Shown: positions 14,261 to 28,576, counted from the stretch's first letter. The stretch: 64,000 nucleotides of DNA from Eledone cirrhosa (GCA_964016885.1 OZ024743.1:235786001-235850000); one strand, 5' to 3'. The notes: generated from the sequence alone by a model not told the origin. Program-made: numbers and translations.

Positions 14261-14877
14261 TATATATATATATATATATAATATAATATATATGATATAT
14301 ATATATAATATAATATATATATATAATATAATATATATATATATAATATAATATAATATATATAATATAATATATAATATAATATATATAATATAATATA
14401 TATATATATAATATAATATAATATATATATATATAATGTAATATAATATATATAATATAATATATATAATATAATATAATATATATAATATAATATAATA
14501 TATATATATAATATAATATATATATATAATATATATATATATAATATAATATATATATATATATAATATAATATATATATATATATAATATAATATATAT
14601 ATATATAATATAATATAGTAGAATAATCGAGTATCGAAAAATCGGCGCACGAGTTCACGATAAACAAAATTCGACATGAGTGGCAGAGGGCTCAATAATT
14701 CAGATAAATCAGAGCTATAACTATCGTTAAAATACCAACACACAAAGATTATGTCTAAAATCACCCATACGACCGAAAAATTACGATCAGGAAGATTCGG
14801 GTCACTCAGATAAAATATCAATAAATCAATAAATCATTATATATATATAATATAATATATATATATATATAATATAA

Positions 14878-16992
14878 TCATCATCATCATCATCATCACC
14901 GTTTTACGTCCGTTCTTCCACGCTAGCATGGGTTAGACGGGTTGTCCTGTTGTGGGCAGTGTCTGGTCGGCTGACCATGCCTTGCTCATACAGGAACTGA
15001 TCTGGCTTGATTTCTACAGCTGGATGCCCTTCCTAACACCAACCTCATTTACAGTGAGTGCTGGGTGCTTTTTCGTGGCGCCTACACGTCCACTTTACAG
15101 TGTGGGCTGGGTGCTTTTTTTGCCGTGGCACCTCCACGACCACCTTGCGGTGGGAGGAGTGGGGGCATATTGTTTATATGCTTCAGCATGTACCCATGGG
15201 AGGTCGGGTACCCTGTATTACTGCGTGATGCCAGAAGTCACGGTCGTGTGTCATTGTCTTTGAGAGGTGTAGTTGGGTAAGGTCGGCTTTTATCACCTCA
15301 TCCCAAGTCATCTTGGGTCTCCCCACTCCGCGGTTTCCATCAACTTCTAGTGCTCTGCACCTTTTTATGCAGCTGTCATCCTTCATACGCATCACATGTC
15401 CATACCAGCGTAACCGCCTCTCCTGCACGCAGCATTTGATTCCTCTTATGCTCAGTCTCTCTCTCAATTCCTTTATGCTTTGTCGTTCACGTATATTACT
15501 GTTACACATGCAGGCTTCGTTTCTCTCTAATCTACGTAAGTCTTCCACCTTCAGCGCCCAGGTCTCACTACCATGCAACATCGCTGTTCGGATACACGCA
15601 TCATACAGTCTGCCTTTCATTCTGAGGGAGAAGCCTTTTGCAGCTAGCAGTGGTAGTAGTTCCCTAAACTTCTTCCATCCCGTTCTTACCCTAGTTATTG
15701 TACTTTCTGAGCACCCACCTCCGTTGCTAATTCGGTCACCTAGGTAGCAGAAGCTGTCTACTGTTTCTACAGGGCCCTCCCAGAGATTGGTGGTACTTGT
15801 TTCCTGTGGCTGTTTGCTTGCTGTTTCAGCACAGCTGCTGCATGTGAATCCTACATTCTTAATTAAGCTTCCTGAGATCCCGCTACATCTCTTGTGTACC
15901 CATTGTTTGCATTTGGGGCAGAGAATGGAGTTCCTACCTACACCTTTCCTACATACTGAGCAAGGCCATTTCCTTGAGGGGATCTGGGTTCTGTTTTCTC
16001 GTCTACTTACAAGGACCTTAGTCTTTGTCATGTTGACTTTGAGGCCCTTTCTCTCTAGTCCCTGCTTCTAGGTTTGGAATTTATTCTCTAGTTCTACCAT
16101 AGATTCAGCTATGAGTGCGAGGTCATCAGCATACAGGAGTTCCCATGGGCATCCGGTCTTAAACTCCTCCGTTATTGCCTGCAGGACTATGATGAACAGG
16201 AGAGGGCTAAGAACAGAGCCCTGGTGGACCCCAACCTGTACGCTAAATTCCTCGCTGTACTCATTGCTAATCCTAACTTTGCTGACTGTTCCCCTATACA
16301 TGGCTTGTACCGCTTTCACAAGCCATTCATCTACTCCTAGTTTTCTAAGAGCCCACCATATTACCGCACGTGGAACTCTGTCAAAGGCTTTCTCAAGGTC
16401 GACAAATGCCAAGTAAAGTGGCTTACTTTTAGCTAGGTACTTTTCCTGTAATTGCCTCACAAGGAAGAGGGCATCAGTGGTGCCTCTCCCTGGTACAAAC
16501 CCAAATTGCATCTCGTCTATATTCACCCGGTCCCTAATCAGCTGTGCTATAACTCTTTCTGCTACTTTCATGACCTGGTCCATCAACTTTATACCTCTAT
16601 AGTTTCCTCTATCTAGTGCATCGCCTTTACCTTTGTAGCAGTTGACAATGATGCTACTGCACCAATCTTTTGGTATGGCCCCTTCTAGTATTACCTGGTT
16701 AACGATACGTGTGGTTATAGTGTGACCTACAGACCCAGATGCCTTCAGCATCTCGGCAGCTATACTCGATGGACCGGTTGCCTTCCCCATCTTCATATCT
16801 CTGATTGCCTTACTTACTACGCTGCCGCTGACTTGTACTGCTGGTCCCTCTATAGGGTCTACATGGGGTAGGGTCTCTTCTTCCCATGCATTCTCCTCAT
16901 TTAGTAATCTATCATAATGACTCTTCCATGCATCTTTCTTCTCAGCACTTGTGAGGGCAAGCTCACCTTTATCATTCCGGATACACTTCTCT
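14878..16992 (-). mobile_element. RTE LINE copy 1, truncated at the gap (probable assembly duplicate)
   Basis: RT motifs QFGFVPGRGT, AFVDLEKAFD, GVHQGSVLSP and YADD. Almost identical to 18061-20171. Confidence 0.93.
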
Positions 16993-17191
16993 NNNNNNNN
17001 NNNNNNNNNNNNNNNNNNNNNNNNNNNNNNNNNNNNNNNNNNNNNNNNNNNNNNNNNNNNNNNNNNNNNNNNNNNNNNNNNNNNNNNNNNNNNNNNNNNN
17101 NNNNNNNNNNNNNNNNNNNNNNNNNNNNNNNNNNNNNNNNNNNNNNNNNNNNNNNNNNNNNNNNNNNNNNNNNNNNNNNNNNNNNNNNNNN
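16993..17191. other. Assembly gap (199 N)
   Basis: Run of N. Confidence 1.
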
Positions 17192-18060
17192 NTCCAAACA
17201 CCAACCTCATTTACAGTGAGTGCTGGGTGTTTTTTTGCTATGGCACCTCCATGACCACTTTGCAGTGGAATGATATGGACCCCAGTCCCTATTATCTCAT
17301 TTCTACAGCTGAGTAAACTGGAGCAATGTGAAATATGAAATAAAGTGTCTTGCTCAAGGAAACAACACATCACCTGGTCTGAGAATTGAACTCACAACCT
17401 TTCGATTGCAAGGCCAATACTCTAACCACTAAGCCATGTGCCTCTATATATATATATATATAATATAATATATATGATATATATATATAATATAATATAT
17501 ATATATAATATAATATATATATATATAATATAATATAATATATATAATATAATATATAATATAATATATATAATATAATATATATATATATAATATAATA
17601 TAATATATATATATATAATGTAATATAATATATATAATATAATATATATAATATAATATAATATATATAATATAATATAATATATATATATAATATAATA
17701 TATATATATAATATATATATATATAATATAATATATATATATATATAATATAATATATATATATATATAATATAATATATATATATATAATATAATATAG
17801 TAGAATAATCGAGTATCGAAAAATCGGCGCACGAGTTCACGATAAACAAAATTCGACATGAGTGGCAGAGGGCTCAATAATTCAGATAAATCAGAGCTAT
17901 AACTATCGTTAAAATACCAACACACAAAGATTATGTCTAAAATCACCCATACGACCGAAAAATTACGATCAGGAAGATTCGGGTCACTCAGATAAGATAT
18001 CAATAAATCAATAAATCATTATATATATATAATATAATATATATATATATATAATATAAT

Positions 18061-20948
18061 CATCATCATCATCATCACCGTTTTACGTCCGTTCTTCCAC
18101 TCTAGCATGGGTTAGACGGGTTGTCCTGTTGTGGGCAGTGTCTGGTCGGCTGACCATGCCTTGCTCATACAGGAACTGATCTGGCTTGATTTCTACAGCT
18201 GGATGCCCTTCCTAACACCAACCTCATTTACAGTGAGTGCTGGGTGCTTTTTCGTGGCGCCTACACGTCCACTTTACAGTGTGGGCTGGGTGCTTTTTTT
18301 GCCGTGGCACCTCCACGACCACCTTGCGGTGGGAGGAGTGGGGGCATATTGTTTATATGCTTCAGCATGTACCCATGGGAGGTCGGGTACCCTGTATTAC
18401 TGCGTGATGCCAGAAGTCACGGTCGTGTGTCATTGTCTTTGAGAGGTGTAGTTGGGTAAGGTCGGCTTTTATCACCTCATCCCAAGTCATCTTGGGTCTC
18501 CCCACTCCGCGGTTTCCATCAACTTCTAGTGCTCTGCACCTTTTTATGCAGCTGTCATCCTTCATACGCATCACATGTCCATACCAGCGTAACCGCCTCT
18601 CCTGCACGCAGCATTTGATTCCTCTTATGCTCAGTCTCTCTCTCAATTCCTTTATGCTTTGTCGTTCACGTATATTACTGTTACACATGCAGGCTTCGTT
18701 TCTCTCTAATCTACGTAAGTCTTCCACCTTCAGCGCCCAGGTCTCACTACCATGCAACATCGCTGTTCGGATACACGCATCATACAGTCTGCCTTTCATT
18801 CTGAGGGAGAAGCCTTTTGCAGCTAGCAGTGGTAGTAGTTCCCTAAACTTCTTCCATCCCGTTCTTACCCTAGTTATTGTACTTTCTGAGCACCCACCTC
18901 CGTTGCTAATTCGGTCACCTAGGTAGCAGAAGCTGTCTACTGTTTCTACAGGGCCCTCCCAGAGATTGGTGGTAGTTGTTTCCTGTGGCTGTTTGCTTGC
19001 TGTTTCAGCACAGCTGCTGCATGTGAATCCTACATTCTTAATTAAGCTTCCTGAGATCCCGCTACATCTCTTGTGTACCCATTGTTTGCATTTGGGGCAG
19101 AGAATGGAGTTCCTACCTACACCTTTCCTACATACTGAGCAAGGCCATTTCCTTGAGGGGATCTGGGTTCTGTTTTCTCGTCTACTTACAAGGACCTTAG
19201 TCTTTGTCATGTTGACTTTGAGGCCCTTTCTCTCTAGTCCCTGCTTCTAGGTTTGGAATTTATTCTCTAGTTCTACCATAGATTCAGCTATGAGTGCGAG
19301 GTCATCAGCATACAGGAGTTCCCATGGGCATCCGGTCTTAAACTCCTCCGTTATTGCCTGCAGGACTATGATGAACAGGAGAGGGCTAAGAACAGAGCCC
19401 TGGTGGACCCCAACCTGTACGCTAAATTCCTCGCTGTACTCATTGCTAATCCTAACTTTGCTGACTGTTCCCCTATACATGGCTTGTACCGCTTTCACAA
19501 GCCATTCATCTACTCCTAGTTTTCTAAGAGCCCACCATATTACCGCACGTGGAACTCTGTCAAAGGCTTTCTCAAGGTCGACAAATGCCAAGTAAAGTGG
19601 CTTACTTTTAGCTAGGTACTTTTCCTGTAATTGCCTCACAAGGAAGAGGGCATCAGTGGTGCCTCTCCCTGGTACAAACCCAAATTGCATCTCGTCTATA
19701 TTCACCCGGTCCCTAATCAGCTGTGCTATAACTCTTTCTGCTACTTTCATGACCTGGTCCATCAACTTTATACCTCTATAGTTTCCTCTATCTAGTGCAT
19801 CGCCTTTACCTTTGTAGCAGTTGACAATGATGCTACTGCACCAATCTTTTGGTATGGCCCCTTCTAGTATTACCTGGTTAACGATACGTGTGGTTATAGT
19901 GTGACCTACAGACCCAGATGCCTTCAGCATCTCGGCAGCTATACTCGATGGACCGGTTGCCTTCCCCATCTTCATATCTCTGATTGCCTTACTTACTACG
20001 CTGCCGCTGACTTGTACTGCTGGTCCCTCTATAGGGTCTACATGGGGTAGGGTCTCTTCTTCCCATGCATTCTCCTCATTTAGTAATCTATCATAATGAC
20101 TCTTCCATGCATCTTTCTTCTCAGCACTTGTGAGGGCAAGCTCACCTTTATCATTCCGGATACACTTCTCTCCAATGACATCACAACTATCTCTGACACA
20201 CTGCCTCGCAATCTTGAATACCTCCTATTTCTGGTCCTCGCGTTGTAAAACATGCTAGAATTTTCTATCCTCTGCTTCCCTCCTAGCTAAGTATACTTGT
20301 CGCCTAGCTTCCCTCTTGGTCTCTATGTAATGTACCCTGCTGCCCCCGTTCTTCCATTCTTTCCATGCCTGTCTCTTGGCCTTGACTGCTTCATCTACCT
20401 TATTGTTCCACCACCAAGTCACTCTCCTCCTGCTTGAGGTCTTACTCCAGCCACAAACCTCATCCGTCGCCTCTAGTAAGTTATTTTTTAGGAACTCCCA
20501 GTTCTCTTCTACGTTAAATGTCTCTATCTGTTCTTCTTTACTGTCGTAGGCGTTGAGTAAAATATCTTTAAATCTGTTACTGGTTGAGGGGACTTTTAGC
20601 TTCCAGATCTTTCTTCTCCAGGTTGGCCTCTGTTTCCAGGTTCGTCTAGTTCTGACCGTGAGGTCGCTGACAACTAAGCTATGTTGGGATGTACATTCCT
20701 CACTAGGGAAGGCTTTTGTGTTTACGACCATCCATCTGTCACGTCCTCTGATGAGGATAAAACCTAACTGACTAGAGTGCTCCCCTGATCTATAGGTGAT
20801 CAGGTGGTTGTCGGGTTTTTTAAAGTTTGTGTTACATATCGACATGTCATTGGCGTCGCAGAATTCTAGAAGTCTGAATCCTTCCTCATTCCTTGTGCCA
20901 ACTCCATGGCCTCCATGTACTCTATTGAAGCCGTCGCAGTGTTTACCT
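18061..20948 (-). mobile_element. RTE-clade LINE, 5'-truncated within the APE endonuclease
   Basis: APE remnant (RNEEGFRLLEFC, CNTNFKK, TY.S, SQH.LV), RT domain, C-terminal RRLRWYGH/GRPKMTW, 3'UTR and (GAT)n tail. Flanked by (TA)n. Confidence 0.96.
18362..20948 (-). pseudogene. APE-RT-PHD polyprotein pseudogene
   Basis: Single reading frame with in-frame TAG stops at 20255, 20225 and 19247. Contains the motif CSVC..CPKC..H..C..CSSC. Confidence 0.92.
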
Positions 20949-21714
20949 ATATATATATATATTATATATATATATAATATATATAATATATATATATATA
21001 TAATATATATATAATATATATATAATATAATATATATATAATATAATATAATATAATATAATTTATATATAATATAATTTATATATAATATAATATATAA
21101 TATAATATATATATAATATAATATATAATATAATATAATATATAATATAATATATATATAATATAATATATAATATAATATAATATATAATATAATATAT
21201 ATATAATATAATATATATATAATATAATATATATATATAATATAATATATATATATAATATAATATATATATATAATATAATATAATATATATATAATAT
21301 AATATATATATATAATATAATATATAATATAATATATATATATAATATAATATATATATATAATATAATATATATATAATATAATATATATATAATATAA
21401 TATATATATAATATAATATATATATAATATAATATATATATATAATATAATATATATATATAATATAATATATATATATAATATAATATATATAATATAA
21501 TATATATATATATAATATAATATATATATATATAATATAATATATATATATATAATATAATATATATATATATAATATAATATATATATATATAATATAA
21601 TATATATATATATAATATAATATATATATATATAATATAATATATATATATATAATATAATATATATATATATAATATAATATATATATATATAATATAA
21701 TATATATATAATAT

Positions 21715-21745
<31 letters not shown>

Positions 21746-21959
21746 ATATAATATAATAAAATATATATAATATAATAAAATATATATAATATAATAAAAT
21801 ATATATAATATAATATATAATATATAATATATATATAATACATATATATATAATCAATATATATATATAATGCATATATATATATAATATATATATAATA
21901 TAATATATATATAATATAATATATATATAATATATATATATATAATATATATATAATAT

Positions 21960-21991
<32 letters not shown>

Positions 21992-22084
21992 ATATATATA
22001 TATATAATATATATATAATATATATATAATATATATATATATAATATATATATATATAATATATATATAATATATATATAATAT

Positions 22085-22127
<43 letters not shown>

Positions 22128-22152
22128 TATATATAATATATATATAATATAT

Positions 22153-22186
<34 letters not shown>

Positions 22187-22387
22187 AAATATATATAATA
22201 TATATATAAAATATATATAATATATATAATATATATATATAATATGTATATATATATATATATAATATATATATAATATATATAATATATATATAATATA
22301 TATATAATATATATATATATAATATATATAATATATATATATAATATATATATATAATATATATATATATAATATATATAATATATA
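20949..22387. repeat. (TA)n/(TAATA) low-complexity tract
   Basis: Seen directly. Confidence 0.97.
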
Positions 22388-22506
22388 TAATTGTTTCTAC
22401 TTTAGGCACAAGGCCAGCAATTACCCAGTGCATTACTGGTACTTTATTTTATCGACCCCGTAAGGATGAAAGGCAAACTCAACCTCGGCGGGATTTGAAC
22501 TCAGAT
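22388..22506 (-). mobile_element. Meta-like SINE 3' half (short form)
   Basis: Matches 46910-47030. Confidence 0.82.
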
Positions 22507-22550
22507 ATAATATATATATATATAATATATATATATATATATAATATATA

Positions 22551-23222
22551 ACGGCAAAGCATAAACGAACTAAAGGAGAAATTAGGAATAAGAGGGATCA
22601 GATGTTGTTACTCGAGAGAAGACTACGTTGGTACGGTCACGTGATGCGCATGAAAGACGACAGCTGTATAAAAAAGTGCAGGGCGATAAAAATAGACGGT
22701 AGCCACGGAGTAGGCAGACCAAGAAAAACCTGGGACAACTTGATAAATTCCGACCTCACACACCTCTCCAAGACAATGTCACTGGACCGAGATTTTTGGC
22801 GCTGCACAGTTATACAGAAGACCCGCCTTGCCTAAGTACAAAGCGAAACCTACAGTCAGTAGGCACCTCTAACAAAATACAGCCCCGTCCCACTACCCTC
22901 ACTCCATCCACACTACCCCCTAAAATGTGAAATTATGTTGGTACCACAACATCCAGTCCGAAACAAATGAGGTCGTGTAGGTGTCACGACAAAAAAACAC
23001 AATCCACCCTCTAATGTGGCCGTGTAAGTAACACGGTAAAAACCTCCCAGTACAAACTGTAAACATGGTTGGTGTTAGGAAGGGCATCCAGCTGTAGAAA
23101 ACCCACCAGACAGTCCTGAGCAAGACAACCAATCTTGCCTCAAGTGAACAATTCCCGTCCAGACCCATGTTAGCGTGGAAAATGGACGTTAAACGATGAT
23201 GATGATGATGATGATGATGATG
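22551..23222 (+). mobile_element. RTE LINE 3' fragment with long 3'UTR
   Basis: Encodes ERRLRWYGHVMRMKDDSCIKKC...GRPRKTW, followed by UTR and (GAT)n. Confidence 0.92.
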
Positions 23223-23551
23223 CACATTTATACATATAAATATATATACACACACACGGACACAAATACTCACACAGACATTTGTATATATATATATATA
23301 AACTAAGTCACAGACACACACATCTGTATCATCATTTTACGTCCGCTATATATATATATACATACACACATATACAGAGACAGACACATCTTAAACACCA
23401 CAACAGTTCACATGAATGAAATCAATTGAGTGACGTCAGCAAACTCCTTTCTTTATTGATAAACTAAATAGTACAGCTCTCAGACATTATCTATCAGATC
23501 TATCAAACATCTATCAGTCTATCTGTCTATCACTCTAACCATCTATCTATC

Positions 23552-23915
23552 CACTTTAGAAGAAGAATCAAGAGAATCAGAGTGGAGAGAGAGGTACTAC
23601 ATCCCAGTAAATTTACTGAAAGGTGGGTGAATGTGGCAAAAATGGCCCGAGTGATTGGGCCTTCTCTGTATATAAACCTGTAGGTTGAAGAAGGAAGTGA
23701 AAAGAAGAAAGGAGCACTTGCACAACATGCTCCTGGAGTTGAGGGTTGTTCTAGCGATGGGGTATGAAACAACCCATTTGTAACGCCTCCCCCCTATTGG
23801 GGATTTTGATTGCTATATTTTCATGTTAAAACTTTTTTTACACGACTATGTAAAATCCTCGCCATATGTCTGTTTTGTCCCCTTTTCTTGTGCACCCTTG
23901 TGGCAAATAAAGAAA
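23552..23915 (+). mobile_element. L1/Tx1-like non-LTR 3' fragment with ~22-bp target duplication
   Basis: ORF end RIRVEREVLHPSKFTERWVNVAKMARV and 3' end tgtggcaaataaagaaat. Flanked on both sides by tctatcactctaaccatctatc. A related end lies at ~47991-48060 (-). Confidence 0.55.
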
Positions 23916-24284
23916 TCTATCTATCACTCTAACCATCTATCCCTCAGATCTACCTCTCACTCTAACCATCTATCTATCCTTCAGATCTATTTCTTAGATC
24001 TATCTATTCATAACTTTAACCTTCAATCTATCTATTTGTCTATCAATTTCTCTTTCTCTCAAACAAAATAGAAATTAAACCAACAGATGCCCCCTTCCAG
24101 TAGAAACAGTAGAAGTGATTCATTCCTTACAAGATCAGCTACAATAACATCAAAATAATTGAATTATATGAGGAGTTCCTACAACATAAAGTAATCCTAA
24201 GGTAACTAAATACTGTGGATCTTTAGAAAATAATTTACTATATTGGCAGAAATATTAGGTCATGAAATAAAATATCTTGCAACA

Positions 24285-24445
24285 CCTCATCCTCGTTTAA
24301 TGTCCATTTTCTATGCTAGTATGGGTATGACGGCTGTCCTGCTCTGAGGGATCAACGTCAGAGGAGCGTGTTTTGCTCACACAGAACTGGCTTGGTTTCT
24401 ATGGCTGGATGCCCTCCCTAATGCCAACCATATTTACAGTGTGTT
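24285..24445 (-). mobile_element. RTE 3'UTR fragment
   Basis: cgtttaatgtcc...ggctggatgccctccctaatgccaacc. Confidence 0.75.
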
Positions 24446-24552
24446 CTGAGTTCTCTGTAGCAGGGATCAAACCAGGAACTCCTCCTATGTGGTTCTATCA
24501 CCAAATATTTAACTATGAAGACCCATCTTATCTATTATTATTATTATTATCT

Positions 24553-24958
24553 GGGCGGTGGATTGGCAGAATCGGTAGAGCGTCAGACACCATGCTTTGC
24601 AGCATAGAGTTACGGCCTTTTACATTGAGTTGAATTCTCGCCAAGGTTAGCTTTACCTTTCATCCTTACAGGGATCGATAAAATAAAGTACTAGTAATGC
24701 ACTGGAGTCAATTTAATTGATTTCCCCTCCTCCAAATTGTTGGCCTTGTGCCTATAGTAGAAGCCATTATTATTATTATTATTATTAATCCAGGGCGGTG
24801 GATTGGCAGTATCAGTTGAGGGTCGGACGCCATGCTTTGCAGCATAGAGTTACGGCCCTTTATGGTCTGAGTTCAAATCCCGCCGAGGTTAACTTTGCCT
24901 ACCAGTAATACACTGGGGTAATTGCTGGCCTTGTGCCAAAAGTAGACAATTATTATTA
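24553..24958 (+). mobile_element. Two tandem Meta-like SINEs (long then short) joined by (TTA)n
   Basis: Each starts gggcggtggattggcag.atc.gt (A box) and ends ggccttgtgcc..agtaga..attatt. Confidence 0.88.
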
Positions 24959-25084
24959 TCGCTTTTAGACATTTCAATAATATGTTCCTCAATATAATAG
25001 TTTCAGGTTTAGTAATACACAAGTATTTTTCTATTGATATCCTACCAGTGATTTCTATATTGATATTGTGGTTTGATGAATAGA

Positions 25085-25205
25085 GATCAATAAAATACCA
25101 GACTTCAACAATAAGTACTGGAGTTAATATGATTGACTAAATCCTTTAAGAAAGGTACCCCAGCATGGCCACAGTCTAATGAGTTAAACCAGTAGAAGAA
25201 GAAAA
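25085..25205 (+). mobile_element. SINE 3' fragment with tail ccccagcatggccacagtctaatga
   Basis: Same tail occurs at 54020-54095 and 54150-54270. Confidence 0.6.
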
Positions 25206-25589
25206 GAATAACAGAATTGTCACTAAGTTGTCTACTAGGAACAACAACTACATCTCTGGTCATGTAATATTGCTTCCAGATATGTGGGGAGTGGTAGTGA
25301 GAAAGGGTGGAACAATGATGTCTTTAATACTTTCTGTTGTCTGAAACATTTGGCAATATGTCAGATATTTCAGACAATTTCAGAGAAAGAAATTACGAGA
25401 GGTTACATAATAATGGACAAGATTATGAGTTTTTATATATTTTTATTCTTCTTGGTTTTGCTCGATGTGACCTGGGTTATCCTAGGTCAGCGATCCCAGA
25501 GACATCCCAGAGACATCATCGTGTGTAGAGCCGACCATGTCCACCAGTGCCCTCCATCGCTGGTGGTCTTATACCAACCCCTCTGCATC

Positions 25590-25860
25590 CTCATCATCAT
25601 CGGTTAACGTCCATCTTCTACGCTAACATGGGTTAGATGGTTTTGTTCTATTTGATGCGGGAATGGTCGGAAGACCATGCCTCGCTCGCACTGAAGCGTC
25701 TCTGGCAGGTTTTCTTTACAGCTGGATGCCCTTCCTACACCAACCACATTTACAGTGTGGACTGGGAGCCTTTTTACCGTGTCTCCTACACGGCTACCTT
25801 ACATCCTTGAAAAACATTGCTCTCTTACTAAGACTGCCCTGCTGATTTCTGCATATGAAA
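25590..25860 (-). mobile_element. RTE 3'UTR-type fragment
   Basis: catcatcatcggttaacgtcc...cagctggatgcccttcct. Confidence 0.75.
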
Positions 25861-27260
25861 AGTACTGTCTTTTTAAGGTCCTTGTGATAGAAGTCAGAAG
25901 ACCCAGTAATTATAATATTTACTGTACAAACCATCAATAATGAAAATAATCCCTTTATTCAACAGGAATATAAAAGAGATAACTTGATTGATAATAGATA
26001 ATTTGAGATTGGCTGAAAGATTAAATGGCACTAATTGGGGTGGAGGTAATTCCATTGGGTGTAATCTACTGACAGGTATTGGTTAATTAACTTGGGAGGA
26101 GAAGGAGCAGGAGTCTGATATAACTATACTGAGAATTAGGAGACTAATTCCTTTTGAAGAGTTTAACTCCTTTTGATCCTAAACTACCCCAAACCTCTAC
26201 TGGTTCTATGACAAACATGTTTATTTGAAAATGTTCCATCATAATTTTATGTAAGAAGCTTTGTTAAGTTATGGTTTAAACACCAACTTGATAATTAGAA
26301 AATTATTTGAAAATCATAGGCAGTGTCTTTCCTTAGAAATATGGTAACAAACGGGTTGACCAAAATATTTTCAAAACATCTTTAAAATATCATAATATCA
26401 AAAGCAAGTGGAGAGTGGGCAGTTGTGTAGCTATGTAGCTGAAATTTTACACAGAGGCACATATCTTAAAGAAGGTAATTAATAGAGGCTGTGTGGCATT
26501 TTCTGGTACTTTTTCATTTAATTGTGGTGTTAAAAGATTCATTACACCTCTGACAATGTGTCAGGGAAAACAAAATATAATATAAAAGTGAATATAACAT
26601 TGTTCTGTAGTATACGTGTGGCATAAACATGAGCAAAACATTGCCCTTCGACCCATCTACATGAGTGGTAATTCTAAACTGATTTAGATTGTAACAACTT
26701 GTCCAACATATTCTAGCAAGGAAAGTTGACATAAAATGAAGCCAGGTACTATTACTAGTAAGTTATTCCACTCATACCAAGGTCATAGACTCTAAACCCA
26801 GGTAAGACCAGATACAACTGCTAGTTAGGAATATATTATTCCACTCACACCAAGATTATAGTCTCTAAACCCAGGTACCACTGCTAGTTAGGAATAAAAT
26901 ATTTCATTGACACCAAGATCTTGATTATTATTTTTTTTTAAATTAATTGTAACACATAACTTATTATATTAAATTAAAAATATGGCCATTAAAGTGTTTG
27001 TTAGTTTTTACTGCTGTTAATTATACATTACTGTAATTAGAACACTTGTCTCATCTTTCTTTGCATTTATTTTTGCACAAGAAATTACACGTTCATGTTA
27101 ATTATATGTTGGAAAATTAAGAAATATGAGAGAAATGAAGAATGATTTGATGTGTAAAGGTGACGCAGAACAGCATATGTTGGTGAGAAGACCTCTTCCC
27201 AATCCTGTGGTGGGGACACAGATATATATGTTGGTGGGAAGACCACTCCCTTCCTGTGGT

Positions 27261-27528
27261 GGTGACACAGATATAGCATATGTTGGTGACACAGATATAG
27301 CATATGTTGGTGACACAGATATAGCATATGTTGGTGACACAGATATAGCATATGTTGGTGACACAGATATAGCATATGTTGGTGACACAGATATAGCATA
27401 TGTTGGTGACACAGATATAGCATATGTTGGTGACACAGATATAGCATATGTTGGTAACACAGATATAGCATATGTTGGTAACACAGATATAGCATATGTT
27501 GGTGACACAGATATAGCATATGTTGGTG
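27261..27528. repeat. 24-bp minisatellite (GGTGACACAGATATAGCATATGTT, ~11 copies)
   Basis: Seen directly, with diverged precursor units at 27159-27260. Confidence 0.97.
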
Positions 27529-27789
27529 AGAAGTCCACTTGTCAATCCTGTGGTAGAGGGTTCAATACAACTGTCTAAAAACAAGGGTGAGTGTGTTGAC
27601 AGTAGAGTTTAGTAGGCAGAAACTGTGTAGAAGCCCATTATGTGTGTGTGTGTCATCATATCCCTGTGTGTTATAAGAAGCAAGTAAATAGGTTGGTGTC
27701 TTGAAGGACATCCAGCCGTAAAACAATGCCTTAAAAAGTCCCATATAACCCACACTGGTATGGCAAAATATTTGATGTTAAAACGATGA

Positions 27790-27807
27790 TATCTATCTAT
27801 CTACATA

Positions 27808-27840
<33 letters not shown>

Positions 27841-27923
27841 CTCTCTCTCTCTCTCTATATATATATATCTCTCTCTCTCTCTATATATATATATATCTCT
27901 CTCTCTCTCTCTATATATATATA

Positions 27924-27968
<45 letters not shown>

Positions 27969-28105
27969 CTCTCTATATATATATATATATATCTCTCTCT
28001 CTCTATATATATATATCTCTCTCTCCCTCTATATATATATATATCTCTCTCTCCCTCTCTATATATATATATCTCTCTCCCTCTCTCTCTATATATATAT
28101 ATATA

Positions 28106-28138
<33 letters not shown>

Positions 28139-28185
28139 CTCTCTCTCTCTCTATATATCTCTCTCTCTATATATATATATATATA

Positions 28186-28280
<95 letters not shown>

Positions 28281-28327
28281 CTCTCTCTCTCTATATATAT
28301 ATATATCTCTCTCTATATATATATATA

Positions 28328-28390
<63 letters not shown>
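27790..28390. repeat. (CT)n(AT)n compound microsatellite
   Basis: Seen directly. Confidence 0.97.
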
Positions 28391-28530
28391 TGATAGTGTG
28401 CAGTATTAGGAAAGTGTAGATAGGAAAGAAAGTTGTTGTTTATCTCATATGGGTAGAAATATAAAGAAAAGAAGTTGAAATGCACTTGGAGTTTTGAAGA
28501 TTTCATAATTATCACAGGTGAAACACTTAC

Positions 28531-28576
28531 AGCAGAGAGACATGTCCCTCCATCTCACAGACCATTTGAAAATCAT
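28531..28576 (-). CDS. Possible short alternative first coding exon (MIFKWSVRWRDMSLC, phase 1)
   Basis: Perfect GTAAGT donor at 28530 in non-repeat sequence. No homology evidence. Confidence 0.2.

Noticed and set aside
19247-20257. All three RTE stops are TAG, potentially recodable to Trp by A-to-I editing
   Set aside because: The element is 5'-truncated, only one stop is at a likely Trp position, and ordinary point mutation explains them.
27126-27578. ORF with (VGDTDIAY)n repeats
   Set aside because: A 24-bp minisatellite with multiple open frames and near-identical DNA units. No evidence of coding constraint.
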